A DNA stretch of 57,529 bases from Chiloscyllium plagiosum (taxonomy: Eukaryota). The DNA lies in contig NC_057718.1 of the NCBI RefSeq assembly GCF_004010195.1, positions 11,800,514-11,858,042 of the forward strand, written 5' to 3'. The position numbers and the translations under genes were made by a program. The notes under the pieces are model-generated. The model made no database searches. It was not told the DNA's origin and worked only from the letters and a program-made list of their open reading frames with translations. Shown in pieces: positions 25,368 through 38,035 of the stretch (position 1 is the stretch's first letter; every line of letters starts with the position of its first letter).

Positions 25368-25818
25368 CAGCCCTAACAGGGTGTTTAATTCCCTGTGTAC
25401 ATTTGTGTTCAATTTATAGCTATACTATTTTAATATTTATACAATCATACATTCACATAGCACAGAAACAGACCCTTCGATCCAACTCATCCATACCGAT
25501 CACATTTCCCAAACTAAACTAGTCCCAATTGCTTGCATTTGGCCCCTATCCCTCTAAAACCTTTCCAATTCATGTACCTGTCCAAATGTCTTTTAAATGT
25601 TGTAACTGTACCTGTATCTACCACTTTCTCTGGCAGTTCATTCCACATACGAACCACCCTCTGTGTGAAAAAGTTGCCCCTCAAGTCCCTTTTTAAATCT
25701 TTCTCCTCTCACCTTAAAAATATGCCCTCTAGTTTTGAACTCCCCTATGCTAGGGAAGAGATCTTTGCCATTCACCTTATCTATGCCCCTCATGATATTA
25801 TAAACCTTTATAAGGTCA

Positions 25819-26210
25819 GTGTTTTTGGGATCCTTTGGGGGGAGGGAGAGCAGCCCCAAGTCGTGGTCCACATTGGCACAAACGACATTGGTCAGAAGAG
25901 AGATGGGGAAGAAATTGAGGCAGAAATTCAGGGAGCTAGGATGGAAGCTTAGAGCTAGGACAAAGAGAGATGTTTTCTCTGGTTTGCTGCCCGTGCCACG
26001 TGCTAGTGAGGTGAGGAATAGGGAGAGAAAGGAATTGAACACGTGGCTACAGGGATGGTGCAGGAGGGAGGGTTTCGGGTTTTTGGATAATTGGAGCCCT
26101 TTCTGGGGTAGGTGAAACCTCTACAAGCAGGATGGTCTTCTTCTAAATCAGAGGGGTAGCAATATCCTGGGTGGGAAATTCACTAAAGCTATTAAGGTGG
26201 ATTTAAACTA
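25819..26210 (+). pseudogene. CR1 ORF1 C-terminal SGNH esterase-like domain (disrupted)
   Basis: QPQVVVHIGTNDIG..SGLLPVPRAS..LNTWLQGWCRREGFGFLDNW. Confidence 0.85.
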
Positions 26211-26307
26211 ATACAGCAGGGGGATGGGAACCAAAATTGTAGGACAGGTACAGAAGAGGATGAGAGCAGGGAGTTCCAAAATCAAATATCTGACACTGGC
26301 AAGCGAG

Positions 26308-29033
26308 AACCTGGTTTGAAGTGTGTGTACTTCAACATGAGGAGCATCCTAAGTAAAGTGGGTGAACTGGCAGCGTAGGTTGGTACCTGGGACTTCAATG
26401 TTGTGGCCATTACGGAGACATGGATAGAGCAGGGACAGGAATGGCTGTTGCAGGTTCCGAGATTCAGATGTTTCAGTAAGAACAGAGAAGATGGTAAAAG
26501 AGGGGGAGGTGTGGCATTGTTGATCAGGGACAATGATACAGTTGTAGAAAGGATGTTTGGGGACTCGTTAACTGAGGTAGTATGGGCTGAGGTTAGAAAT
26601 AGGAAAGGAGAAGTCACCATGCTGGGAGTTTTCTATAGGCCTCCGAATAGTCCCAGAGATGTAGAGGAAAGGTAGCAAAGATGGTTCTCGATAGGAGTGA
26701 GAGAGGCAGGGTAGTTGTCATGGGGGACTTCAACTATCCAAATATTGACTGGATCACTACAGTACAAGTACTATAGATGTGTCAGTTTTTGTCCAGTGTG
26801 TGCAGGAAGGCTTCCTGACACACTATGTAGACAGGTCTACAAGGGGCGAAGCCACTTTAGATTTAGTACTGGGTAACAAGCCTGGCCAGGTGTTAGATTT
26901 GGAAGTAGGTGAGCACTTTGGAGACAGCGATCACAATTTTGTCAGGTTTACTTTAGTGATGGAAAGGGATAGGTGTACTCCACCAAGCAAGAGTTACAGC
27001 TGGAGGAAGGGAAATTACGATGCAATTAGGAAAGATTTAGGAAGCGTAGAATGGGGAAGGGAACTGCAGGGGATAAGCACATTAAAAATGTGGAGCTTAT
27101 TCAAGGAAAAGCTCCTGTGTGTCCTAGATAAGTATGTACCTGTCAGGCAGGGAGGAAGACATAGAATACGTGAACCGTGGTTTACTAAGGAAGTGGAATC
27201 CCTGGTCAAGAAGAAGAATAAGGCTTATGTGAGGACAAAATATGAAAACTCAGTTAGGGCGCTTGAGGGTTACAAGGAAGTTAGGAAAGACATAAAAAGA
27301 GAGCTCATAAGAGCCAGGAGGAGACATGAGATGTTGTTGGCGGATAGGATCAGGGTTAACCCTAAGGCTTTCCATAGGTATGTTAGGAATAAAAGAATGA
27401 CGAGAGTTAAATTAGGGCCAATCAAGGATAATAGTGGGAAGTTGTGTGTGGAGTCAGAGGAGATAGGGAAAGCACTAAATAAATATTTTCCGACAGTGTT
27501 CACTATAGAAAATGAAAATGTTGGCGAGGAAGATACAGAGGTACTTGCATCTAGACTAGAAGAGATTGAGGTTCACAAGGAAGAGGTATTAGAAATCCTG
27601 CAGAGTTTGGAAATAGACAAGTCCCCTGGGCCGGATGGGATCTATCCTAGGATCCTCTGGGAAGCAAGGGAAGAGATTGCCAAGCCTTGGCATTGATCTT
27701 CAAATCATCATTGTCTACAGGAATAGTGCCTGAGTACTGGGGGATAGCAAATGTGGTTCCCTTGTTCAAAAAGGGTAGTAGAGACAACACTGGTAATTAC
27801 AGAGCAGTGAGTCTCACTTCAGTTGTTGGTAAAGTGTTGGAAAAGGTTATAAGAGATAGGATTTATAACCATCTAGAAAAGAATAATCTGATCAGGGACA
27901 GTCAGCACGGTTTTGTGAAGGGTAGGTCGTGCCGAACGAATCTTATTGACCTTTTTGACAAAGTGACCAAACAGGTAGATGAGAGTAAACTGGTTGATGT
28001 GGTATATATGGATTTCAGCAAGGCATTCGATAAGGCTCCCCACAGTATGCTATTATACAAAATGCGGAGGAATGGGATTGTGGGAGACATAGCAGTTTGG
28101 ATCAGTAATTGGCTTGCTGAAAGAAAACAGAGGGTTGTAGTTGATGGAACATGTTCATTTTGGTGTCCAGTTACTAGCGGCGTACCGCAAGGGTCGGTGT
28201 TGGGTCCACTGCTGTTCGTCATTTTTATAAATGACCTGGATGAGGGTTTAGAAGGGTGGGTTAGTAAATTTGCAGACGACACTAAGGTCGGTGGAGTTGT
28301 GGATAGTGACGAAGGATGTAGTAGGTTACAGAGACTCATGGATAGGCTGCAGAGCTGGGCTGAGAGGTGGCAAATGAAATTTAATGTGGACAAGTGTGAG
28401 GTGATACACTTTGGACGGAATAATCGGAATGCAAAGTACTGGGCTAATGGTAGGATTCTTGGGAGTGCAGATGAGCAGAGAGATCTCGGTGTCCATGTAC
28501 ACAGATCTCTGAAAGTTGCCACCCAGATTGACAGGGTTGTTAAGAAGGCATACAGTGTTTTGGCCTTTATTAACAGAGGGATTGAGTTCCGGAACCAGGA
28601 GGTTATGCTGCAGCTGTACAAAGCTCTGGTACGGCCACACTTGGAGTATTGTGTATAGTTCTGGTCACTGCATTATAAGAAGGATGTGGAAGCTTTGGAA
28701 AGGGTGCAGAGGAGATTTACTAGGATGTTGCCTGGTATGGAAGGAATGTCTTACGAGGAAAGGCTGAGGGCCTTGAGGCTGTTCTCGTTAGAGAGAAGAA
28801 GGTTGAGAGGAAACTTAATAGAGACATACAAGATAATCAGAGGGTTAGATAGGGTGGACAGGGAGAGCCTTTTTCCAAGTATGGCAATGGCAAACATGAG
28901 GGGACACAACTTCAAAGTGAGGGGAAATAGGAATAAGACAGATGTCAGAGGTAGTTTCTCTACTCAGAGAGTAGTAAGGGTATGGAATGCCTTGCCTGCA
29001 ACCATTAGATTCGCCAAGTTTAAGTGCATTTAA
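26308..29033 (+). pseudogene. CR1 ORF2 endonuclease/reverse transcriptase (few stops and frameshifts)
   Basis: AITETW, GGGVAL, YRPP, LDLVL, GDSDH; KSPGPDG, QHGF, DFSKAFD, GVPQGSVLGP, FADD. Confidence 0.95.
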
Positions 29034-30744
29034 GTTGTCATTGGACAGGTATATGGACGTACATGGAATAGTGCAGGTGGGATGGGCTTCAGATTAGTAT
29101 GACAGGGCGGCGCAACATCGAGGGCCGAAGGGCCTGTACTGTGCTGTAATATTCTATGTTCTCAACCTTCTGTGCTCTGGTGAAAGAAGTCCCAGCTTAT
29201 CCAGCCTCTCCCTATAATCCAAACCCTCCATTCCCAGTTACATTCTCATAAATCTTCTCTGCACCCACTCCAATTTTTAATATCCTTCCTGTAGCAGGGT
29301 GACCAGAACTGTACACAATATTCAAAAAGTGGCCTCACCAACGTCCTGTACAACTGCAATATGATATCCCAACTCCCATACTCAATGGTGTGAATTTGTT
29401 AGCCTCTTTAATGGCTACAGAGAGAAATTAAACATAAATTCATCAATCAATGCATAACAAGGATGCCATAACAAAAATGATAGTAATGGGAAAACACTTC
29501 CTCTTTTCCCTCATTGGAAAATATTTCAGGTTTTGTATTCTATGCATTGGAGATAACATTAATCAGTAAGCTATTAATAATCGCACAGATTCTTACTATT
29601 TCAGGTTTCCTACCTTATTCTACTCCACTTTGGTGCAAGGGAGATCAGCATACCTTTTATCTGAAAAATCTAAGTTTATCTGATTATCAAATATTTTGAT
29701 TTTTCTATACTCATAATGAAGAAGAAGCACCATCCCTTCAGATAAATGGTGTGGAATGGGGTGCGACTGCAACATTATGGAACAGGAAGAAATCTTAGAC
29801 ACAACCGAACCATTCCCTTTGCTGTAAATCAACTCCATTTAACTGCTTCAGACCATATCTCCCTCAGCTCACCTATTCTCCAGGAATGAATCCAATTGTC
29901 TATTGAACCCATTCCATCCATTAAATAAAATGCATGGTGCGAAAAAAAAGGGGGAGGGGGTCACTTCAGAAAATCTCTTACGTTCCAAAGTAGTCTCCAG
30001 CTGTTTGTGAACAAAAGCAAGGAACAGGCTCATCTAGCCAACAGACAAGTCACCTTTGGGACTGCATCTATGAAGACAGTAAATTGAATTCTACAATATG
30101 AATGAACACTAAATCAAATATATGGGCAATCTTTAAATAGAGCGCATATTCTTTGGGGGAAGCAAAAAAAATCGTTTGCTGAGTACAACAGGATGATGTA
30201 AGTGAAAAGTAAAACCTGAAGTTTTAACATCAGTTTTTCACTAGGCATCCAACCAATTCTAAGGTAGACCATAACCAACTTGTTGTGCCCTGCAACATAG
30301 GGCAACTGTACTCCTCCACTTGAGGTAAAACTCCATCCCCTATTTGTAGTGTCACTGATAACATGTAGACTGAGAATCAACAATATGTCAGTAATGCACT
30401 CCAGTGTTTGATGTACAAATATGAAATAACGCAAAGTGTTTCCTGCAAGGCAGAGCTGAAATCAACAAGTTTATATCAGCAATACTTTGTTTTGTATATT
30501 TTCCAGTCTAGATCATTCCATTTTCTTTTACTGTGTTTGAACATTACAGGATTGATTTTAAAATTCTCCTTATCTGATGAAAACTCTGTACATGAAAAGG
30601 TAGGAAAGGATTAGGATGGTGGGAACATAAGGTCACATTTCTGTGCTCCCACCATCTTGACTAGCTTAACTCAAAATTAACTAATTTAAAAAAAACACCC
30701 TCAACCTGTGCCTGAAATAGGGAAACACAGCTGAAACAGATGTT

Positions 30745-30942
30745 CAAAATTAAAAATCGCACAACACCAGGTTATAGTCCAACAGGTTTAATTGGAAGCA
30801 CACTAGCTTTCGGAGCGACGCTCCTTCACCTGAAGGAGCGTCGCTCCGAAAGCTAGTGTGCTTCCAATTAAACCTGTTGGAATATAACCTGGTGTTGTGT
30901 GATTTTTAACTTTGTACACCCCAGTCCAACACCGGCATCTCC
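30745..30942. mobile_element. Palindromic Penelope-derived mini-element (family D) with 12-bp TSD
   Basis: 84-bp inverted arms (30745-30828 / 30831-30914); TSD gaaacagatgtt at 30733-30744 and 30943-30954; hammerhead-like ggagc-gtc-gctcc-GAAA-gcta next to the centre. Confidence 0.8.
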
Positions 30943-30999
30943 GAAACAGATGTTGCGATCCTGCTTTTCCCTGCAAGTGGAGGGGTATTACATGGTACC

Positions 31000-31967
31000 A
31001 AACCTAACAGTGTGTCTGGCCTAATCGTCTTCAGCTGCTTCATCAATGACCTTCCCTCCATCATAAGGTCAGAAGTGGGGATGTTCGCCGATGATTGCAC
31101 AATGTTTAGCACCATTCGTCACTCCTCAGATACTGAAGCAGTCCGTGTCCAAATGCAACAAGTTCTGGACAATATCCAGACTTGGGCTGACAAGTAGCAT
31201 GTTACTTTCACACCACACAAATGCCAAGTTATTGGTATTACCAATAAGAGACAATCTAACCACTGTCCCTTGACATTCAATGGTGTTACCATCACTGAAT
31301 CCCTCACTATCAACATCCTGATGGTTATCATTGATCATAAACACATACATGGACTCACCACATAAACACAGTGGCTACAAGAATAGGCCAGAGGCTTGGA
31401 ATACTGTGGTGAGTAACTCACCTCCTGACTCCTCAAAGCCTGTCCGCCATCTATAAGGCACAAGACAAGAATGCGATGGAATATTCCCCACTTGTCTGGA
31501 TGAGTGCAGCCCCAAAACATCTAAGAAACTTGACACCATCCAGAACAAAACAGCCGGCTTGATTGGCACTCCATCCACAAGCATCCACTCTCTCCACCAC
31601 CGACACTTAGTAGCAGCAATGTGCACTATCCATAAGATGAACTACAGTTCACCAAAGATCTTCAGACAGCGTCTTCCAAACCCACAATCACTTCGATCTC
31701 GAAGTACAAGGGCAGCAGATATATGGGAACACCACCATCAAATTCTCCTCCAAGCGACTCACCATCCTGACTTGCAAATACAACGTCATTCCTTCACTGT
31801 CACTGAGTCACAATCCTTGAATTCTTTCCCAAACGGCATTGGGGGTCAACCCAGTGCAGGTGGACTGCAGTGGTTTAAGAAGGCAGCCCACCCCCACCTT
31901 CTCAAGGGCAATTAGGAATGGGCAATAAATGCTGGCCAGCAAATGATGCCCACATCCCATAAATGAA
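31000..31967 (+). mobile_element. L2-type LINE 3' portion
   Basis: FSCFINDLPSIIRSEVGMFADD; tail gggcaattaggaatgggcaataaatgc shared with the Deu-SINEs. Confidence 0.8.
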
Positions 31968-31974
31968 CACACAT

Positions 31975-32875
31975 CTGCCTTTCGTGATTTATGTAAATGA
32001 TTTGGATGTGAACATGGGACATATGGTTATTAAGTTTGCAGATGACACCAAAATTGGAGTTGTAGTGGACAGCAAAGAAGGTCACCTCAGAGTACAATGG
32101 GATCTTGATCAGATGGGCCGAGGGGCCAAGGAGTGGCAAATTGAGTTTAATTTAAATAAATGTGAGGTGCTGCAAATCAGGGCAGGACTTATACACTTAA
32201 TGGTAAGGTCCTGGGCAATGTTGCTGAACAAAAAAGACTTTGGAATACAGGTTCATAGTGGAGTTGCAAGTAGACAGGATAGCGAAGAAAGTATGCCTGT
32301 CTTTATTGGTCAGTGCATAGGGTATTGGAGTTGGGAGGTCATATTGCGGCTGTAAAGGACATTGCTTAGGCCACCCTTTGGAATTTTGTGTGCAATTTTG
32401 GTCTCCTTCCTATCGGAAAGATGTTGTGAAACTTGAAAGGGTTCAGAAAATAATTACAAGGATGTTGTCAGGGTTGGAGGATTTGAGTGATAGGGAGAGG
32501 CTGAATAGACTGGGGCTATTTTCCCTGGGGTGTCAGAGGCTGAGGGGTGTCCTTATGGAGGTCTATAAAATCATGAGGGGCAGAACTAGAGGGCATAAGT
32601 TTTAGGTGAGAGGGGGAAGATTTAAAAGGGACCTAAGGGGCAATTCTTTCATGCATAGGGTGGTGTATGTATGGAATGAGCTGCCAGAGGAAGTGGTGGA
32701 GGCTAGTACAATGACAACGTTTAAAAGGCATCTGTATGGGTATATGAGTAGGAAGGCTTTTGAGGGATATAGGCTAAGTGCTGGCTATGGGACTGGATTT
32801 ATTTTGGATAGCTGATGCATGGACGAGTTGGACCGAAGGGTTTATTTTCATGCTGTACATCTCTGTGACTCTAAG
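31975..32875 (+). mobile_element. CR1 3' fragment
   Basis: FVIYVNDLD..KFADDTKIG..FWSPSYRKDV. Confidence 0.9.
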
Positions 32876-33399
32876 AAAACCAAAGTGCTTTGAAAATACA
32901 TGAGACATAGTTATCAAAGGAAATCAAAACCTTTTCAAGGATACAAAGACCTACATGAATTTGTTGCAACAAATAATTAACCTGCAATGCAATTACAATG
33001 CAAACCAAACAAAAAAATCTTCACAAAGAAAAGCCAAACCCAAAGATTCTGTGACACAAGTATGTATTTACTGGAACAAAAGTGACAACAACTCTCTGTA
33101 AGGATCTAGGGATAAATCTGAAATGTTTTATGTTTGTTATTTTTGTAATCACATAAAAATGATATCACTGAAATGTTTTTGAAACCTTCTGTAATAATAA
33201 TAGTCATAAATCTCCAGGAAAAAATGCAGTGTTCTTCTTCTTTGATATATTCTAAGCAAATATATAAATTAGCATTTATCTCCTCCAGCAGTAGCATTAT
33301 AGCAAAAGTAAAACATTACATAGTGCAAATTCTAATCATATAAACCTTTTTTCATTTTGGAATGTATGATACATCAGCCAAAACTATCTATTAATTGTC

Positions 33400-33785
33400 A
33401 CTAGAGTCATAGAGATGTACAGCACTGAAACAGACACTTTGGTCCAACTTGTCCATGCCAACCAGATATCCTAAATTAATCTAGCCAGCATTTGGCCCAT
33501 ATCCCTCTAAACCCTTCCTATCATACACCTATCCAGATGCTTTTTAAATGTTGTAACTGTACCAGCCTCAATCACATCCTCTGGCAGCTCATTCCATATA
33601 TGCACCACTCTCTGAGTGAAAACGTTTCCCCTTGGGTACCTTTTAATTTTTTTCCCCTCTCACCCTAAGCCTATGCCCTCTAGTTCTGGACTCCCCCACC
33701 CCTGGGAAAAGAACTTGTCTATTTAACCTGTCCATGCCCTTCATGATTGTGTACACCTCTATATGCTCACTCCTCAGCCTACTGA
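33400..33785 (-). mobile_element. CR1 3' end
   Basis: agagtcatagagatgtacagc tail and antisense ORF2 C-terminus. Confidence 0.85.
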
Positions 33786-34286
33786 ACACATTCGAAGAGA
33801 CCCTCAGTCTGATTATTGAGGGAATGGAAATTACACATGCTGTTAACTACAGGCAAGTTCATACATTAATAGCATTAGCATGTTGCATAATAATGCCTGC
33901 AATTACACACAAACTTTATTGGGAAAGATGCCTTGGAGTTTCAGGTGGATGGGCTGAGTTGGCACTGTTTAGGAAAATAGGAGAATTGAACTGTTAAAAT
34001 ATCACCATAGTAAAAATGGCACAATAGTAAAAATGGCACAATGGGAAAAAGGCACAACAGAAAATTGTGATATGATGAATTATTGTACTTATATAGATTG
34101 GGCCCAAACACAACAATTTAATGTGATTCAAAAGTCCAGACTCAAAAGGTGATACACTTAAACAAATACTTTTTTACTGGCATCTCACAACCATGCTGGC
34201 TTTCTGAAAGAGTTCGCAATTAGTATTAACTGTACAAATTAAGGTGAAGGATATACAGGTGTTTGAGCACACACAAGGATTCCTGT

Positions 34287-34390
34287 GGCACAGTGGTAAA
34301 GTCCCTACCACTGTCCTGGTTTAAAGCCCCACCTGCCTCAGATGTGTAATATAGCACATTTGAATAGGTTGACTTTAAAAAAATCAAATA
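34287..34390 (+). mobile_element. Short tRNA-derived SINE-like unit
   Basis: ggcacagtggt..cccacctgc..tgaataggttga; same unit as 56298-57020. Confidence 0.55.
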
Positions 34391-36383
34391 CTTATATAAA
34401 GAGACATTTCCTTCTGTAACCAGTGGAACCATCGGGGTTGGAATGTATATTTAATTTAATTTGTTATATGTTTCCATTAAAGTTTCGGTTTGAGAGATAA
34501 ATACCAATTTATGGGCTGTCAATTTGTTAATTAGGTTTTTATCCGTTTGCTCTAAAGTGTATAAAGAGACACTGTTGTCACTGATAGTGGATTGCAGAGT
34601 TACAGTCATGTTTCACTTGGTAAAGATTGACTTCTGGTCAGAGAATTATCAATTAGTCCCATTTTCTTGTTTTTTGACTGTATTCCTATTAGTTTATGAA
34701 TCCAGTATCTAAGAATGAAGGTTCAGTGGAGAAGTTCGCTGAAGTCACAACTGACTTCCCTCCATAACCATAGTTACCATGTACGGCTGCCCCTGCTGCA
34801 ACTCTATCATTGCAAAGAATAACCAGTGAAGCTGAGGATTTTGTATTGAACATAATGGAGATAGTGTATTCTCACTAATTGCCAATGAATCGAAGAACAA
34901 TGCTGACAATTCAATGTAAGTAAAATGGGATAATTGAAGATACATGCCAAGAAACTTACATATAAGATACAACGTTCTGGAGCTCACCAAAAAAATGTCT
35001 GTATTAGTAGACTTGGGCACATTGATTTTAATTGTTGCCTGTGTCTCCTTTACTCCACCTTTTCTATTACGTTGGCAATGAGGGGCCTGCTCACAAGAAC
35101 TACTATACATGCTCCTATGAAGTCCTCACTTTAAGTGGGGGAATGGCTGGAAGTTTCTGACGGTCTCTCACTGTCAGAGCAGGTTGAGAAAAAAGTCGCT
35201 AACAGTTTAGGCAGAAATCCCAAACGAAAAGGAAATACTGAAAAAAATTCATTTCCAGCTGTGGGAACTGCTACTGAAACTCTCCACGCTCTTTAGGCTC
35301 AGCAAGCTCCGCACGCCCACTAGTCTCAGATGATCCTGGTAACAGACATCCCCTATAATGCTGAATTTAACTTATTTCATGCACTCATTGTAGAGAAGGA
35401 AGTTAAGGTCCAATGAGATCTTACAACAATTTGTATGTGTTAGATCATGCAAGATGCAGAGGGGATTTGGAGAAATCAGGCAAAACAACCAGCATCAATG
35501 GTTTCTACCCCATTTGCTATCATAAAATGTTGTCTTCAACTGTTAGCTAATACATGATATCCAAAAGTATGTAAACTCTGCAGATACAATGTTTATCAGT
35601 GCTTGCACCAAACCAAGAAAACAGCAAGTTCTTGTGGCACATTTCTCAGAGATAGGAAGGATGCAAAGGTTTGAAACAATGTCTGTTGTTGGCTCCTGCC
35701 AAGGTCATGGCTGCCGAGGTGCTGTGGGAAATGATTTTCCAAGTACTGGAGTATGACCCAAAGCCAAACTAGAGAATTTGGCAAGTCTAATTTACACAAC
35801 TTAGCCTTTAGGTGCCATGACAAAAGTAACAATGCATGGATGGAGCCAAGCCAAAGGTCTGCACTTGAAAAGGGAGCAAGTGGAGGGGCAGAGCAGGAAG
35901 CAGCAGACAGGACTTGCAAGGCTCTTTCTTCCTTGGGCTCCAGAAACATCTATGCCACAACTCTTGTCTTTTTTTTTTCTGGAGCAGTTTTCTGCCATCC
36001 TTTAAAGGGTAGACTGTTCTGATCATTGTGAACATTCCATCAGGCTCTTATAACAGGCTGCTTAGAGCACTTCAATATGTCTCCTGGCTGTAAGGTGAAG
36101 GACTGGCTGCCCACTTCCTACTTCAGAAACTGATTGAGTCAGGTTTTAGGAAACCAGTGAAGGTAGTTTTGAGCTTTTTAATTCGCTGATGGTCCTTGTA
36201 TTTTGGTGTGAAAGACCAGAAGGTAGGCATGAATCACTCCTCTCAGTGCATGATCCCAACCAAAGAATAGTCTGTTCAACACATCAGATTGGCATTGGGA
36301 GCAAATAAATATTCCTGCAATATATAATACATTCCTTTCTACAACTTCCCCATTCAACTAGATGTAGGTAAGTGTGGCAGTCC

Positions 36384-36412
36384 AGAGACAGAGAGAGAGA
36401 GAGAGAGAGAGA

Positions 36413-36444
<32 letters not shown>

Positions 36445-36447
36445 CAC
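36384..36447. repeat. (GA)n(CA)n compound microsatellite
   Basis: Directly visible. Confidence 0.95.
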
Positions 36448-36599
36448 CATTCACAGTGGTGAAGGCCAACTGAAAGACACTAGACTACAGCAGAAACACT
36501 TTACTGGTCCAAGTCCATTATGGATAGTTGGTGACATGGATCTCCAACAGCATTTGATTGGAAACAGTGGGCAGGATCGTCCAATGTCAACAATGACAA

Positions 36600-38035
36600 A
36601 TAGAATCACAGTCATAGAGATGTACAACACAGAAACAGACCCTTCAGTCCAACTTGTCCATGCTGACCAGATATCCTAACCTAATCTAATCCCATTTGCC
36701 AGCACTTGGCCATATTCCTCAAAATCCTTCCTATTCATATACCCATCCAAATCCTTTTTAAATGTTGTAATTGTACCAGCTTCCACCACTTTCTTTGGCA
36801 GCTCACTCCATACACGCACCACCCTCTGTGTGAAAGAGTTGCCCCTGAGGTTCATTTTATATCTTTCTCCTCTCACTCTAAACCTATGCCCTCTAGCTCT
36901 GGATTCCCCCATCCCAGGGAAAAGACCTTGTCTATTTATCCTATCCATGCCTCTTATAATTTTGTAAACCTCTATAAGGTCACCCCTCAGCCTCTGACGC
37001 TCCAGGGAAAACAGCCTCCATTCAGCCTCTCCCTAAAGCTCAAATCCTCCAACCCTGGCAACATCCTTGTAAATCTTTTCTGAGCTCTTTCAAGTTTCAC
37101 AACATTCTTCCAATGGGAAGGAGACCAGAATTGCACGCAATATTCCAAAAGTGGCCTAACCAATGTCCTGTACAGCCACAACATGACCTCCCAACTCCTA
37201 TACTCACTGTTCTGACCAATAAAGGAAAGCATACCAAATGCGGACTTCGCTATCTTATCTACCTGCGTAACCTCTTTCAAGGAGCTATGAACCTGCACTC
37301 CAAGGTCTCTTTGTTCAGCAACACTCCCCAGGACCTCACCATTAAGTGTATAAGTCCTGCTCTGATTTGGCTTTCCAAAATGTAGCACATCGCATTTATC
37401 TAAATTAAATTCCATCTGCCACTCCTCAGCCTATTGGCCCATCTGATCATGATCCCATTATACTCTGAAGTAACCTTCTTCGCTTTCCACTACACCTCCA
37501 ATTTTGGTGTCATCTGCAAACTTACTAACTATACTTCTTTTGTTCACATCCAAATCATTTACATAAATAACAAAAAGTAGTGGGCCCAGCACCGATCCTT
37601 GTGGCACACCACTAGTCACAAGCCTCCAGTCTGAAAAACAACCATCCACCTCCACTCTCTGTCTTCTACCTTTGAGCCAGTTCTGTATCCAAATAGCTAG
37701 TTCTTCCTGTATTCCATGAGATCTAACTTTATTAATCAGTCTCCCATGAGGAACCTTGTCGAACGCCTAACTGAAGTCCATATATATCAAATCTACCGCT
37801 CTGCCCTCATCAATCCTCTTTGTTACTTCTTCAAAAAATTCAATCAAGTTTGTGAGACATGATTTCCCACCAAAACCTTGTTGACTATCCCTAACCACTC
37901 CTTGCCTTTCCAAATACATGTAAATCCTGTCCCTCAGAATTCCCACCAACAATGTGCCCACCACCAATGTCAGCCTCACCAGTCGACAGTTCCCTGGCTT
38001 ATTCTTACCACCTTTCTTAAATAGTGGCTCCACAT
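36600..38035 (-). mobile_element. CR1 RT and 3' end
   Basis: ORFs 37767-38042, 37458-37655 (GVPQGS, FADD), 36987-37415 and 36676-36948. Confidence 0.9.

Larger units (their letters stand above)
25819..29161 (+). mobile_element. Young, near-complete CR1 LINE (5'-truncated in ORF1)
   Basis: ORF1 esterase domain, APE endonuclease, RT and ttctatgttc tail; long residual ORFs. Confidence 0.95.
25445..29392 (-). mobile_element. CR1 3' fragment split by a younger CR1 (parts 25445-25818 and 29162-29392)
   Basis: Antisense CR1 reads ..ataaggtca | ctcaacc.. across the insertion. Confidence 0.8.

Noticed and set aside
27902..28621. 239-aa minus-strand ORF (and similar ones at 43606-44022 and 26282-26620)
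   Set aside because: Antisense shadow of CR1 ORF2; no independent evidence of a gene.
30745..30914. Long hairpin as a miRNA precursor or classical TIR MITE
   Set aside because: The asymmetric tail, 12-bp TSDs and hammerhead-like core fit a Penelope-derived fold-back better.
34005..34058. Three ~17-bp tandem units (also a 20-bp duplication at 2183-2223 and a 7-bp triplet near 15807-15834)
   Set aside because: Ordinary slippage duplications.
35596..36035. Several overlapping ORFs on both strands
   Set aside because: No recognisable domain or convincing splice signals; expected by chance.
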